The notes: a model not told the origin generated them from the sequence alone. Shown: positions 30,500-41,523, counted from the stretch's first letter. The stretch: 64,000 bases of DNA from Candidatus Latescibacterota bacterium (GCA_965248435.1 OZ252100.1:1824001-1888000); one strand, 5' to 3'. Numbers and translations are program-made.

Positions 30500-31804
30500 T
30501 TGAAGGGAGTAGTTGCTCTCAAGCGTGACACTCTACAGAGGAGGTACCTCGTGCCCTTACCCCTACTCCTCGCCATTTCGATTGTATTACTTCCCCTTTC
30601 AGGGCCTCTTGACGCAGCCAAGCTAGAAGATCTACTCATCCCGGATCGATTGGTCAGACATCTCAATGCCGATCAGACGCAGAGGGCGTTTGTATCCGAC
30701 TCCGCTCTGAAGCTTCGTAAGATTGTTTCCGATTATCAGTGGGAGCGTGGCAAGCAGACGTGTGAAGCGATCGCCTGGCGGAAGCAGCGTCCAGACGTGC
30801 AGGAGTTGCGTTCGCTCCGAAAGGCATCCAGAAAGGCACTTGACGCGGCGTTTGATTCCCTCAAGGCCGGGCTTAGCGAGAAGCAGGGGAAGCGGATCGA
30901 TAAACTTTTGCGCCGCGACGAAAATATCCTGGATCTCGAAATCGCCAGTCTCCCTTTCGACCACATAGACAATACTCCACTCTTCCCGCGATCTCGAGAA
31001 AACGTAAACGCATATAGTATTACGTTGCCTGGTACCCCTTCCCAGGGGGACGACTGGTCCTATTCCGAGCTCCTGCGTACTTGGACCGTACGAGGGTTTG
31101 TTCCCTCTCAACCGGGAGTGGATGAGTCCCAAGGCACCGGGCTGGAAGACCGGACGGATCTCCGGACGCGTCCACTCTCAAGTCGGTCCAGAGGCAAGAT
31201 CGTCAAGTCTCCTCTCCTTCTATCCGCAACACTTATGGTTCCGGATCTGGCCAGGGCGGAATCCGAACTCCTGTGGGAGCACTACAGGAGCGATTCCGAA
31301 GACAGGGAGTCTTTGTGGAATCGCTACCAATCGCAGAATCGATTAGACAGTGCTATCCTGATCCGGATGAAGATGAGCACGCCGTTTGCAGCCCGGTATC
31401 TGGACCTTGATGCCTGGACCATCTACCTCGAGGACAGTGACGGCATTGGCTACGAGCCCGAAAAGATAGAGGAAGAATCACTTCACCCCATAGAGGCTTT
31501 GGAAATCTCTGTTCCGGGTAGAGCCGTGGAAGTCACAGATGTCTTTGGAAACTATTATCCATACGTTCCAGGAAACAAAGAAATCCTCTATCTGGAAGCC
31601 CCCGCCGAGGTCGTCTACACAGGTCACGAAAAACTGCTAAAGATCTACTTTCCTGGAAAAAGTTTCCGGGGTCTCCCAATCGTCACAGAGAAGACGAAAA
31701 GACTCAAGCTCATCGTGCAATCACAAAAAGAGAAATTTGTCCGTACGGAACTCATCTGGGATCTGTCCCGTAGCATGCGGCAAGTCCAAAAGGATCGTGG
31801 ATGA
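30500..31804 (+). CDS. Hypothetical exported protein
   Basis: 434-aa ORF between purF and the TPR gene with ATGA overlap; hydrophobic signal-like N-terminus; no recognised domain; start uncertain. Confidence 0.65.
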   Translation: MKGVVALKRDTLQRRYLVPLPLLLAISIVLLPLSGPLDAAKLEDLLIPDRLVRHLNADQTQRAFVSDSALKLRKIVSDYQWERGKQTCEAIAWRKQRPDVQELRSLRKASRKALDAAFDSLKAGLSEKQGKRIDKLLRRDENILDLEIASLPFDHIDNTPLFPRSRENVNAYSITLPGTPSQGDDWSYSELLRTWTVRGFVPSQPGVDESQGTGLEDRTDLRTRPLSSRSRGKIVKSPLLLSATLMVPDLARAESELLWEHYRSDSEDRESLWNRYQSQNRLDSAILIRMKMSTPFAARYLDLDAWTIYLEDSDGIGYEPEKIEEESLHPIEALEISVPGRAVEVTDVFGNYYPYVPGNKEILYLEAPAEVVYTGHEKLLKIYFPGKSFRGLPIVTEKTKRLKLIVQSQKEKFVRTELIWDLSRSMRQVQKDRG

Positions 31805-33705
31805 AGCCACTTCTCCTTCTCCTACTTCTCGCTGGACACTTATCGGCCTGCGCAACAGCCCAACCGCCTCGCATCTTACCTCTTCAAGTCTCCAAGCGCC
31901 CACCGGACCCGAGGGCACTCAGACACTACATTGATGCCAAAATCTTTGAGATGAAAGGAAAACCGGCGGCGGCGGCAGGTGCCCTTTTGGCCGCCATCGC
32001 GATAGATTCAACATCTGCTACTCTCTACAAGTCGCTTTGCCGAAACCTGATCTCCCTGAATCGACACGCCGAAGCCGTGGGACCCTCCCGCAGGGCCGTC
32101 TTCCTGAATCCAAAAGACCTACAGAGCAGATGGATTCATCAAACAGCTCTGCTCAATGGTGCTAAGGATACCGTCTCCGCATTGCAGCAACTTCGAACCA
32201 TTTCTCGGCTCGATCCCAATCCGTTGCCAGCCTACAGTGCGCTTTTACAGATCTACTCAGCACAAAGCCAGAGCGCGGACGTCCTTGAAGTTCTAGAAAG
32301 GATGGAAACGCTTCCAAATCTAGACGCCCAGACAAAACTCGTCATTGCGGATCAATATGCACGCAACGAAAGGCCTGACCTTGCGCGATCGATCTACGAG
32401 AAAATGCTGTCCAAAAATCCTCACCAACCGGCAGTCTGGGGCAGCTATGGCAACCTTATCCTGGCCTCGGGCGACACGCTTCGTGCCGCGAAAACGCTCA
32501 GGGGAGGTCTGGCTCAAGCCCAGAATCGTGTCGACCATCGCACTGGCCCGCTCTGGAGGCAACTTCTGACTATATACGCTTCCGATTCTGTTTTCAGCGA
32601 GCTTCTTTCTGAAAGCGGGCCGAACACCCTCTTTTTGGAGACCTTGGCGACGGTCTACATAGCAGCCGCCACTCAATCGACGTCCAACCCACAACTTTCA
32701 AGGCAACAGGTTGAACGAGCAGAGGCCCTTCTTGATAAGCTGATTGGCGCAGACTCAGGCCGGCACGACCTTTTGGCTAGAAGAGCCGAGCTCCTTCTGA
32801 TCACAAATCAGCCGCAGGCGGCAAGGTCCTCTTTTCAACAGGCCTTCGCGGCCAAGAAAAGCGCAAACTATTGGTTTGGGATCGGTCGCACATACCTTGC
32901 AGAACGACTATGGGACCAGGCGATCCAGGCATTGCTTCCCCTATTCAACGAGGCCCCGAATCGATCCAAGCTCTACCCCGAAATCGTGAATGCGCTCGGC
33001 CGTGCCTATGCGGCGAGCGGTCGGGTTTCCGATGCCCGTGGGGTTTATCGGAAGGCAGTCGAAGCCTTCCCTCAACAGCCGAGGTTTCGGCTTGAACTGG
33101 GACGCACATTCGGCTTCGAAAAGTCCTGGGATGACGCGATCCCGATTTTCGAGGAACTGGTTCGGACTTCGGAAGATGACCCCGAACTCTTCCTTCAGGT
33201 CCTTTTCGAATTGAGTCGAAGTTACGAGCGCGCCGGACACCTTGAGAGGTCTATTCGGGCCTTTCAGCGCCTTCTGACCCTCAGCCCGGAAAATCATCTC
33301 GCCTTGAACTACCTTGGATACATGCTTGCCGAAAAAGGCATTCGCCTGAAAGAGGCCGAACGCCTGATCGAGCGGGCATTGAGAGCCGACCCGAACAACG
33401 GTGCCTACCTGGACAGCATGGGATGGGTCTCCTATCGCCAGGGACAGCACAGAAAGGCAATCGAATTCTTACAACGCGCACTCGACATCGAAGAGAAAAG
33501 TCTTCAAGACCAAGGCGATGGAGGATTGCGAGAGGACTTGGCGGTTATTCACGACCACACAGGAGATGTCGCCCGTGCCTTGGGGGACCACGATAAAGCG
33601 CTGAGGCACTGGTCGCGCGCGCTCAAGTTTGATCCTGAGAACGATAGTATCCGCAAGAAGCTGCAGCGCGCAACCGATGGGATCGGCGGTGCACCAGCCG
33701 AATGA
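31801..33705 (+). CDS. TPR-repeat lipoprotein
   Basis: Lipobox LSAC; ALNYLGYMLA, YLDSMGW, HDHTGD repeats. Confidence 0.85.
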   Translation: MKPLLLLLLLAGHLSACATAQPPRILPLQVSKRPPDPRALRHYIDAKIFEMKGKPAAAAGALLAAIAIDSTSATLYKSLCRNLISLNRHAEAVGPSRRAVFLNPKDLQSRWIHQTALLNGAKDTVSALQQLRTISRLDPNPLPAYSALLQIYSAQSQSADVLEVLERMETLPNLDAQTKLVIADQYARNERPDLARSIYEKMLSKNPHQPAVWGSYGNLILASGDTLRAAKTLRGGLAQAQNRVDHRTGPLWRQLLTIYASDSVFSELLSESGPNTLFLETLATVYIAAATQSTSNPQLSRQQVERAEALLDKLIGADSGRHDLLARRAELLLITNQPQAARSSFQQAFAAKKSANYWFGIGRTYLAERLWDQAIQALLPLFNEAPNRSKLYPEIVNALGRAYAASGRVSDARGVYRKAVEAFPQQPRFRLELGRTFGFEKSWDDAIPIFEELVRTSEDDPELFLQVLFELSRSYERAGHLERSIRAFQRLLTLSPENHLALNYLGYMLAEKGIRLKEAERLIERALRADPNNGAYLDSMGWVSYRQGQHRKAIEFLQRALDIEEKSLQDQGDGGLREDLAVIHDHTGDVARALGDHDKALRHWSRALKFDPENDSIRKKLQRATDGIGGAPAE

Positions 33706-34508
33706 AATCACTCTTCATCATCCTACCCCTGATGGGCCTGCAATCGTTAGTCTTCAGTGCCTGCTCCACACGTCGCACCCGCCCCCCTGATGTCGGCCCA
33801 ATCCACAATTCCTTCGATCTTCTCAGAATCATTTCCTCCCACACCGACAGCCTCCGCGATTTAGAGGCCCGGGCCAAGATCTTCATCCGTATCGACGGTG
33901 TGCAGCAGAACACTTCCGCAGTCGTTAGGTACAAATCCCCTGATGCGCTTAAACTCGACGTAACCGGTGCCCTCGGAATAGGCCTGCTCCACGCCCTTGC
34001 CGAGAACGACTCTCTCGCTGTTTACTTGCCTCGAGACAACCACTACCTGCGAGGCCTTCCAGAGGAAGTCCTTTATCGAGTGACCGGCGTAGACCTCCAG
34101 TTCTATGATGCACAGCGTGCTATCCTCGGCCTTCCCAGTACCTCCATGCTCGATCTCCCGCGGGTGAGCTCGTTCGAAACCCAGGGGAATAGCATCTATA
34201 TTGAAATTGAGGAGCCGCTCTGGGACCGCAGGATATGCGTGGACCGGCGTACTGCAACCATCCTCCGGGAAGAGATTTACGACCATCACCAGGGCCGCCT
34301 CATTTCTCAAAGGCTGATGACGGACTATCGAGAGGAGCGTGGCGTAATCCTTCCTCGGAGAGTCGAAATCAGGCAGGGAACGGATCAAATCCGAATCGAC
34401 TTCGGTTGGCGAAATGTGAACTCGGGGATCAACGAACGCGTTTTCAGAATGAAGGTCCCGTCCGATGTCATCCGGGTAGAAAGCGAGGTCAGCAAGGAAG
34501 GAAAATAG
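33702..34508 (+). CDS. Lipoprotein, DUF4292/LolA-LolB-like fold
   Basis: Lipobox FSAC; predicted beta-rich; DY....GV.LPR..EI...NVN.GI....F....P C-terminus typical of this group; follows the TPR lipoprotein. Confidence 0.65.
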   Translation: MKSLFIILPLMGLQSLVFSACSTRRTRPPDVGPIHNSFDLLRIISSHTDSLRDLEARAKIFIRIDGVQQNTSAVVRYKSPDALKLDVTGALGIGLLHALAENDSLAVYLPRDNHYLRGLPEEVLYRVTGVDLQFYDAQRAILGLPSTSMLDLPRVSSFETQGNSIYIEIEEPLWDRRICVDRRTATILREEIYDHHQGRLISQRLMTDYREERGVILPRRVEIRQGTDQIRIDFGWRNVNSGINERVFRMKVPSDVIRVESEVSKEGK

Positions 34509-34553
34509 TAGAAATAATGCCTTTTGCTGAAGCGAATCGTCTGAGCGAGAACA

Positions 34554-35390
34554 CTATTTTGTCCAACCCCACCAACTGGCTAAGTACGCCACCGTTCGCC
34601 TCGCTACGTGTTCGGAGATAGCCCTTATTGACTGTCCGGGTGCGGGTTCCTCGGGTCCCGTCCACTTGCTACGCAGCTCGACGACCGTCAGCATGGTCAG
34701 CTCTCCGCTTGGATTGATACTGCAAGAGGCTTGAAACTTTTTCAATGCTTCTCTAGTCAGGGCGCCGATTGTCCCGTCTATACCACCCACATCATATCCC
34801 AAATTGTTCAGGATCATCTGAGCTTCGTAGATGTGCTCTTTCCCGGCAGGAATGTCCGGCTCCTGATCCTGGTGATCAGCTGCCGGGAAGGCCGTATGTT
34901 CCGAAATCAAGACCCACCTGACCAGTCGCACCTCAAAGAGCGTAAGTCCCAAACAGGCGATCGAGAGCATAGCCAAAAGCAACGCGATCCCGGGACGAAC
35001 TTCGTAAATCCCCTCCATCTCTCCGATCATCCTCAGACTGTAGAACACCTCGAACGAGGCCAGATAGCGAGTCCATATCCAGACACCAAGGTGTAGAAGA
35101 AGAAGTATCACAGGTGTCCTTACCGGAACCCGAAGGGGGCTGTGAGTCGGTCTTCTGAAGCAGGCAATCCCAAGAGTCCAAAGGTCCACCAAAACGACCG
35201 TGAGAGGGATTTCGGAGACGGTTCGGCTCAGTCGGTCTACCGGGTTCGCTGCGTGCACCCATCCCAACCACAACGATAGACATAGTCCCAACACAACTAC
35301 AACCCAGGTCCCTCCAAGGAGAAAGGGTATGACTCGAGGGGGTTGGTGGCTAAGAGCAAGTTGGCTGGAAACAGGGTCCAGTCTGTTCAT
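34554..35390 (-). CDS. Membrane protein with C-terminal peptidoglycan-binding domain
   Basis: About 4 TM helices then Q..LN.LGYD.GGIDG.IG..TREALKKFQ......G.L (PG_binding_1). Confidence 0.8.
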   Translation of the reverse strand: MNRLDPVSSQLALSHQPPRVIPFLLGGTWVVVVLGLCLSLWLGWVHAANPVDRLSRTVSEIPLTVVLVDLWTLGIACFRRPTHSPLRVPVRTPVILLLLHLGVWIWTRYLASFEVFYSLRMIGEMEGIYEVRPGIALLLAMLSIACLGLTLFEVRLVRWVLISEHTAFPAADHQDQEPDIPAGKEHIYEAQMILNNLGYDVGGIDGTIGALTREALKKFQASCSINPSGELTMLTVVELRSKWTGPEEPAPGQSIRAISEHVARRTVAYLASWWGWTK

Positions 35391-35492
35391 ATTCGGCTAC
35401 TGACCTCTCGCGCCGCTATAATGCGCCTGGGTAGAAACAGTATTTTGCCCATTTTTTGACCAATATAGGATCATCCAAGACGTCCCGCAACG

Positions 35493-36761
35493 CTAGGCAG
35501 GTGTTCCCATATCCTGTTCACTGGGAAGACCGGCGTTCTTCCTCCGCAGTTCCTTCCAGACAAGCCCCCACAAAATCACCGCGAAGAGGCTGGCCGTTAC
35601 CGAAGGTGCGAGGGCCGTCCCCAGAGCACCCCAAGAAGGACTCATCCCTGCCCCGAGCAGCGCCCCGGTACACACGAGAGAGGTAAGCACAAGAGCACCA
35701 CGCCCTTCTCGCTTCATCGCCAGCAGGGCTGAGTGTGCGAGTCCGCACAACAAAAAAGGCGGAAGCGTCCAGACCAAAAGACGTATGACAACTATGGCGG
35801 ATTCATACTCCCCACCGAAAATCCATAGGGTGACAGGACGTACAGCCACGTATACAATGGCCACGACGGCAAAGCCGATTCCAAGGAGAGAGAAAAACGC
35901 ACGGGTCAGAAAAGGTTTGATGTCGGAAGCCGCCGCAAAGCGAGCCGTTATCCCCGAGAATATCGCCTCGAGGCTCCCGCTGGCCAGTACGAACAGGGCA
36001 GCCGCAAACCGGTAGGCGATAAAAAATGGTCCGGAATTCGCCTCACCAATAGCGAGGTCAGTCGTCAGGAAGTTGATGTGCAGAAGGTTTCCCAGAAAAT
36101 AGGCAGAAGGCAGAAACTGAACTCCAGTCTTGACGACACTTGCACGGATGGGATCTACACGCAGACTGGGGCGGAGCCCGCGAGAAACGCTTGAGACCAA
36201 CGCCATGCCTGAGTAAAAGTAACCCGCCCGGCAGACCAGGTAACACACGCCGATGCCGCTCAGACCCCACCCGATGTATATGGCCCCCAGGCAAGTCAAG
36301 ATCAACAGTAGATTGAGGCCACCAACCAGCAGGGCGCTGTATGCAGCACGTTGCAAACCCTTGAAAATGGCATTCACCGAATCGCCCAACGCCATGGCCA
36401 CAGTAGACCCACCCACAAGCCCGACAGCGACCAAGGTCACTGGCGACTTGCCCCAAATCCACGCACCCCCCACGACCAGGACAAGCACCACCGGCGCCAG
36501 CCTTAGCTTGAACCCAATCGCGTCCGAAACGGCCTCGGCGGCCTCCAGCCCTCCTGAGGCAACCGTTCTGATCACACGATTGGTCAATCCGAGATCCAGA
36601 ATGGGAGCAAAAAATGCCGTAAGCGAAATCACAAACCCATAGGCAGCCAGCCCCTCTGCCCCCATCACACGTGCGACCACAACCATAATGAATAGGCCGC
36701 CTAAAAGATGCGCGCCCTTCTCTATAGTCAGGTAGATAGAGTTCGTACTGACTCGCCCCAT
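35493..36761 (-). CDS. Polysaccharide/oligosaccharide flippase (Wzx-like)
   Basis: About 12 TM helices; N-terminal NS..L....ARVMG....YG....DLGL pattern; IFG.EY motif. Confidence 0.82.
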   Translation of the reverse strand: MGRVSTNSIYLTIEKGAHLLGGLFIMVVVARVMGAEGLAAYGFVISLTAFFAPILDLGLTNRVIRTVASGGLEAAEAVSDAIGFKLRLAPVVLVLVVGGAWIWGKSPVTLVAVGLVGGSTVAMALGDSVNAIFKGLQRAAYSALLVGGLNLLLILTCLGAIYIGWGLSGIGVCYLVCRAGYFYSGMALVSSVSRGLRPSLRVDPIRASVVKTGVQFLPSAYFLGNLLHINFLTTDLAIGEANSGPFFIAYRFAAALFVLASGSLEAIFSGITARFAAASDIKPFLTRAFFSLLGIGFAVVAIVYVAVRPVTLWIFGGEYESAIVVIRLLVWTLPPFLLCGLAHSALLAMKREGRGALVLTSLVCTGALLGAGMSPSWGALGTALAPSVTASLFAVILWGLVWKELRRKNAGLPSEQDMGTPA

Positions 36762-36790
36762 CGGAAACTCCAGACAGCTCTACGGTCAAG

Positions 36791-36827
36791 CAAATAAGAC
36801 CTGGAGCAGGTTCGCCTGCTCCAGGTC
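36791..36827 (-). terminator. Intrinsic terminator / strong hairpin
   Basis: Perfect 13-bp stem GACCTGGAGCAGG/CCTGCTCCAGGTC, then TTATTT on minus strand. Confidence 0.7.
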
Positions 36828-36871
36828 ATCATCTTCAAGTCAACAAAGGCTTCTCAGTTCGTCATCTCCAT

Positions 36872-37528
36872 TCAGCCTCCTCGCCCTCCCCTGTCAGTAA
36901 CGCGTATCGTTACCACATCAGTATCGCTGGTCAATGCTCCGGTCGTGTCCGCAACATCGTCCCTCACACTAAGCAAGAATACGTAGTCGCCAGGGGCCGA
37001 GGCACGGAAAGTAGGCGCTTCCCCTTCGCTCGGCTGTAATGCCACACGTGGTCCGCTAATCTGATCCCACCGAAAGCGCAACAAATCTTCATCAGGATCA
37101 AAGCTGCCGGTACCATCCAGAACGATCTCCAGTGTGTCGTTATAGGCCACGAGTCGGCTCATTCCCGCGTCCGCGGTCGGGGCTGCTTGCGTCACCAGGA
37201 TGCGCAGGGCAGAAGTGGCCACGGTTCCCGACCTCCCGTCCCCCACCTCGACGGTGAGATCGTAGCTGCCGACCTCACTGGGAGCGACCCACACGACGGA
37301 GACCGAATCTTGAAAAAGGTCAATCAGCGTATCCTGTCCACTCTTCTCAAATTGACCCCCAGTTGCAATCCAGCGAAAGTCCAGCTCATCGTTGTCCGGG
37401 TCATCAGAAACCAGTGTAATCCGAACCTTCTGGCGGCGGCCGACTTCAGGTTCCCGGTCCGTCTTCAAATCGAGAATCTGCGGATCTCCCTGCCTGTCCA
37501 GAACGCTGCAACCGATCAGGCAGACCAT
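36872..37528 (-). CDS. Lipoprotein with Ig-like/PKD domains
   Basis: LIGC lipobox; DPDND.L.F.W and PTADAG...LDGTGSFDPD..L.F.W.Q.SGP PKD-type motifs. Exact start uncertain. Confidence 0.72.
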   Translation of the reverse strand: MVCLIGCSVLDRQGDPQILDLKTDREPEVGRRQKVRITLVSDDPDNDELDFRWIATGGQFEKSGQDTLIDLFQDSVSVVWVAPSEVGSYDLTVEVGDGRSGTVATSALRILVTQAAPTADAGMSRLVAYNDTLEIVLDGTGSFDPDEDLLRFRWDQISGPRVALQPSEGEAPTFRASAPGDYVFLLSVRDDVADTTGALTSDTDVVTIRVTDRGGRGG

Positions 37529-37676
37529 AAGGAAAACGAGGATCTTGCCAAACTGATCGACGCCTCTTCTCCCAGGCCCTGAAACCCGCGATGAAATTCC
37601 TTGACAAGCCCCGGCAAATAACTTTCTTGTTAGTGTTGTATAACAAGAGGTTATATCCATAGAACCCGGGGTCTCC

Positions 37677-39056
37677 GTGAAAAACAAAGTTCTCATTGTG
37701 GACGACGATCAGAGCTTTCGCACGATGCTGGATAAGGTCCTTTCAGCGGAAGGGTATACACTCCTCTCCGCGATGAGTGGCGAAGAGGCAGTGCAACTCG
37801 TGGAACAAGAGAGTCCGGACCTCGTCCTCCTGGACCTCGGCCTTCCGGGAATCGACGGAATCGAAGCCCTCACCCGAATCAAGAAGATCGATGAGCAAAT
37901 TGAGGCCATCATGATTACCGCGCAAGGCAGTATCGAGAGCGCGGTGGCCGCGATGAAGGCCGGTGCGCGAAACTACATTACGAAATCATCTGAATTCAAC
38001 ACTGATGAGCTGCGCTTGCTCGTCGCAGAAACACTGGAAACAGCGCGATTGAAGCGAGAAGTTCAGTTTCTGAGGGCCGCCCAGCGTGAAAGGATCGACT
38101 TCGACGGGATCGTGTCAGAGAGCCAGGCCTTCAAGAAAATCATCCGTTTATCGGAACGCATCGCAAGAAGTGAAACCACTACGGTGTTGATCGAAGGTGA
38201 AAGCGGCACGGGCAAGGAAATCATCTCGCACCTCATCCATTACAAAGGCGCACGCGCTGAGGGTCCGTTTATCCCGATCAACTGTGGGGCAATCCCCAGG
38301 GATCTAGTCGAGAGTGAGCTTTTCGGATATGAAAAAGGTGCATTCACTGGAGCGTCTCAGTCCAGGCCCGGAAAATTCGAATCCGCCGACGGCGGTACAC
38401 TCTTCTTGGATGAGGTCGGAGAATTAAGCCAGGACAACCAGATAAAGCTCCTCAGGGTGCTCGAGGAAAAGTCCTTCTACAGGGTCGGCGGAAGCAAGAA
38501 CATCCACGTTGACGTCCGCATTGTTGCAGCGACAAACAAGGACCTTCGCAAGACCGTAGAATCCGGAAGGTTCCGAGAGGATCTATTTTATCGCCTCAAC
38601 GTCGCACCGATCCTGATCCCTCCACTAAGGGAGCGGAGCGATGACTTGATTCCGCTTACGGAGTACTTCCTTCAGAAGTTTTGTGGAACATTCGGCAAAC
38701 CTATGTCCAGGATTCATCCGGAGGCCGCAGAGTTAATTCTCGCATATGAGTGGAAAGGTAACGTGCGTGAGCTTCGAAATGCGATCGAGCGCATCGTGCT
38801 GCTTGAAGAGGGCGATACGTTGAAGCCGGAGCATCTCGACTTCCTCCTGCCACAAGAAAGGCCCGAAACAAACGAGGGTGCTTTCAGGCTTCCACCCGAT
38901 GGGGTGGTGCTCGACGAACTCAACCGGGACTTGATCGAACAGGCGCTCGCACTCTCGGGGGGAAACCAGGTACGGGCAGCAAAACTCCTCGGGCTCACTC
39001 GCGGCACGCTTCGTTATCGTCTCGACAAGTACGGCATCCGCCAGCCCGGCGGCTGA
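37677..39056 (+). CDS. Sigma-54-dependent response regulator (NtrC/AtoC family)
   Basis: Receiver (VDDD, LLD), [38 protein letters not shown], Fis-type HTH. Confidence 0.95.
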   Translation: MKNKVLIVDDDQSFRTMLDKVLSAEGYTLLSAMSGEEAVQLVEQESPDLVLLDLGLPGIDGIEALTRIKKIDEQIEAIMITAQGSIESAVAAMKAGARNYITKSSEFNTDELRLLVAETLETARLKREVQFLRAAQRERIDFDGIVSESQAFKKIIRLSERIARSETTTVLIEGESGTGKEIISHLIHYKGARAEGPFIPINCGAIPRDLVESELFGYEKGAFTGASQSRPGKFESADGGTLFLDEVGELSQDNQIKLLRVLEEKSFYRVGGSKNIHVDVRIVAATNKDLRKTVESGRFREDLFYRLNVAPILIPPLRERSDDLIPLTEYFLQKFCGTFGKPMSRIHPEAAELILAYEWKGNVRELRNAIERIVLLEEGDTLKPEHLDFLLPQERPETNEGAFRLPPDGVVLDELNRDLIEQALALSGGNQVRAAKLLGLTRGTLRYRLDKYGIRQPGG

Positions 39057-39677
39057 TCATTCTTCCCTCAGAAGAGCCCCCACATCCGGCAGAACCTTCT
39101 CAGCTATATTTGGATCCGTTCCATCGTAATAGGCGCGCACGGTGCCGCTTTGGTCAACCAGGGCAAATCGAAGGCTGTGCATAATCTGGTCGGAATCCTC
39201 ATCCTCGCTCACTGGTATCTGAAACCCCTCTCTCACGAGGTCGTAGACTGCTTCCTTCTCTCCAGTTAAAAAAAGCCAGCGATCTTTATCAGCCTTGAAC
39301 CGCAGTGCGTAGTCCGTGAGCAGCTCAGGTGTGTCCCTTTCCGGATCCACCGTGACGGACACAAGACGGACACTCGGTGAGTCCCACAGCTTCTTCTGAA
39401 GGGAAGCCATTTGTGCTGAAAGAAGAGGACAGGGACCGACGCAATGGGTAAAGATAAAGTCGGCGATCCAGATCTCGCCGGCGAGATCGTCCAGGGAAAT
39501 CTCTGCTCCGCTTCGCTCTACAAGTGAAAAATCTGGGACCTTGCCCAGCACAGGAAGCGAGTCCCCCTTCCGGGCTCGAATCTCTTCGACCTCTTTCAGC
39601 ATGAGCAGACCGCCCACAGCAAACATCAACATTAGGGAAATCCCCAACGCAAATAGAATTCGGGTCTTCGGGTTCAA
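39057..39677 (-). CDS. SCO-family copper chaperone
   Basis: FIFTHCVGPCP (CxxxC), VDPERDTP, FLTG, conserved His; TTG start overlapping upstream TGA. Confidence 0.92.
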   Translation of the reverse strand: MNPKTRILFALGISLMLMFAVGGLLMLKEVEEIRARKGDSLPVLGKVPDFSLVERSGAEISLDDLAGEIWIADFIFTHCVGPCPLLSAQMASLQKKLWDSPSVRLVSVTVDPERDTPELLTDYALRFKADKDRWLFLTGEKEAVYDLVREGFQIPVSEDEDSDQIMHSLRFALVDQSGTVRAYYDGTDPNIAEKVLPDVGALLREE

Positions 39678-40501
39678 CGCAGGCCCCCCTCTCCTCTGCG
39701 CATAACCTGATAAACCGAAATTCCAAACGTGCAAACTACAAAGAGTGATGTGATCAGAATACAAACTTTCAGCGAGGGAAGCGCGCTAAATTCGAACGGG
39801 GCTCCAAGGTAGAGGACTCTGCGCAGGCCGGCCATGCTGTAGGTCAATGGGTTGATCCAAATAATCCACTCCAACCAACTCGGAACTCCTGAGGGGGGAA
39901 AGAAGGCCCCTGAAAGTAGCCACATAGGAAGCAAAAATACGTTCATGATGGCATGAAATCCTGCCGTCGACTCCATTCGCCACGCGATGGCAAAGCCGAG
40001 CCCGGTTAATCCCAGCGCGGAAAGGAAGAGAAATCCCGCTGTGTACGCAAGAACCTCGAGGGTTAATGGAATATTCAAATGAAGAGCGAATACGAGAAAG
40101 ACCAGACCTTCCAGCATGCCCAGTGTCGTTCCACCGAAAAGCTTACCTAAAACCAAACTTGCGCGCGGGACAGGGGCCGCGAGGACCGATTGCATAAATC
40201 CCTCTCGCCGATCTTCCACCACCGTAATCGTCGAAAAGATGGCGGTAAAAAGGACGATGAGCAAAAGCGTCCCTGGGTAGATATACTCCAGATAGCTCAT
40301 TCCTAGCGGTTGGCCCGCGGGCAGGAATGATGCATCGAGTCCATACCCCACGAGCAGCCAAAAAAGCAGCGGCTGCCCGATGGCACCGAGCAACCGGTGG
40401 CGATCTCTGACGAATCGAACGATCTCTCTCTCCCAGAGTGTCGCCACTGGAAGGACGCTTAGCCACATCCTCTGGTTCCGGTCGCTCCTATCCACAGCCA
40501 A
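39674..40501 (-). CDS. ABC-2 type transporter permease
   Basis: Six TM helices; DRREG......AP, LSGAFFP, NPLTY. Confidence 0.9.
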   Translation of the reverse strand: MAVDRSDRNQRMWLSVLPVATLWEREIVRFVRDRHRLLGAIGQPLLFWLLVGYGLDASFLPAGQPLGMSYLEYIYPGTLLLIVLFTAIFSTITVVEDRREGFMQSVLAAPVPRASLVLGKLFGGTTLGMLEGLVFLVFALHLNIPLTLEVLAYTAGFLFLSALGLTGLGFAIAWRMESTAGFHAIMNVFLLPMWLLSGAFFPPSGVPSWLEWIIWINPLTYSMAGLRRVLYLGAPFEFSALPSLKVCILITSLFVVCTFGISVYQVMRRGEGGLR

Positions 40502-40504
40502 TGC

Positions 40505-41440
40505 TCAACTCCCCTCCGCTCGAAAGGCACGGCCCGTCTCTTGCACAAACACATCCTCCAATGTCGGCCTACCCACGGTGACCGAAGTGATCTGCTCTCG
40601 GAAGGAGGAATAAATCTGGGCCATCATATCGTGGCCCTCGCCGCATTCAATTCTCAATCGATCTTCGATGAGGGTTGATGGCTGGCTGAACCGTTCCAGG
40701 ATATCCTCACCCAACCTCTCCGGGCAAGGACTCTCGATCACGATCACATCTTTTCCCACGCCGTTTATGAGCTCTCCAGGTGAGCCTATCGCCACCAACC
40801 TCCCTCGGTCCAGAATACCTACCCTGTCACATCGCCCGGCCTCTTCCAGAAAGTGTGTCGTGAGCACGATCGTCACGCCCTCTCTGTCCCGCAGCCTCTC
40901 CAAATCGCCCCAATATGCCATTCTGGCCGCCGGATCCAGACCCGTCGAGGGTTCGTCAAAAATCAGAAGCTGAGGTCTATGAAGAAGCCCTTTCGCCAGA
41001 TCAACCCGCCGCCGAAGTCCGCCGGAAAGCACCTCAACCCGATCTTTTCGGCGTTCACCCAGTTGAAACAGCTCGAGCACCCTATCAATCTGGCGTGCAA
41101 GGTGACTTCCTCGTAAACCGTAGAGGTGTCCCTGATGCCTCAGATTTTCCAGGACGGTCAATTTTGGGTCCAAACTGGGGTTCTGAAACACAACCCCTAT
41201 CTTCGACCGGAGCAGGGCCGAATCTTCGACAGGGTCCAAACCCAAAACGCGAACCCGCCCCCCGCCGGGACGCCGAAGGGTAGAAAGAATCTGGAATAGC
41301 GTCGTTTTTCCTCCGCCATTGGGTCCCAGTAGTCCAAAAATATCACCCACATCGATCTGCAGATCAATCCCATCCAGGGCACGACGGCCGTCATAGTCGT
41401 GATAGAGCCCGTTTACTTCAACCGCTAAGGCCTTGCCCAT
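40505..41440 (-). CDS. ABC transporter ATP-binding protein
   Basis: LLGPNGGGKTT, LSGG, FDEPSTGLD, TTH. Confidence 0.93.
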   Translation of the reverse strand: MGKALAVEVNGLYHDYDGRRALDGIDLQIDVGDIFGLLGPNGGGKTTLFQILSTLRRPGGGRVRVLGLDPVEDSALLRSKIGVVFQNPSLDPKLTVLENLRHQGHLYGLRGSHLARQIDRVLELFQLGERRKDRVEVLSGGLRRRVDLAKGLLHRPQLLIFDEPSTGLDPAARMAYWGDLERLRDREGVTIVLTTHFLEEAGRCDRVGILDRGRLVAIGSPGELINGVGKDVIVIESPCPERLGEDILERFSQPSTLIEDRLRIECGEGHDMMAQIYSSFREQITSVTVGRPTLEDVFVQETGRAFRAEGS

Positions 41441-41523
41441 GCAGACCAACCTTGCTAAAAAGAAAGAAAGGTGATAGGACAATCACCTATCACCCGAGTT
41501 CGAATCTAACTGAATCTTGATAC

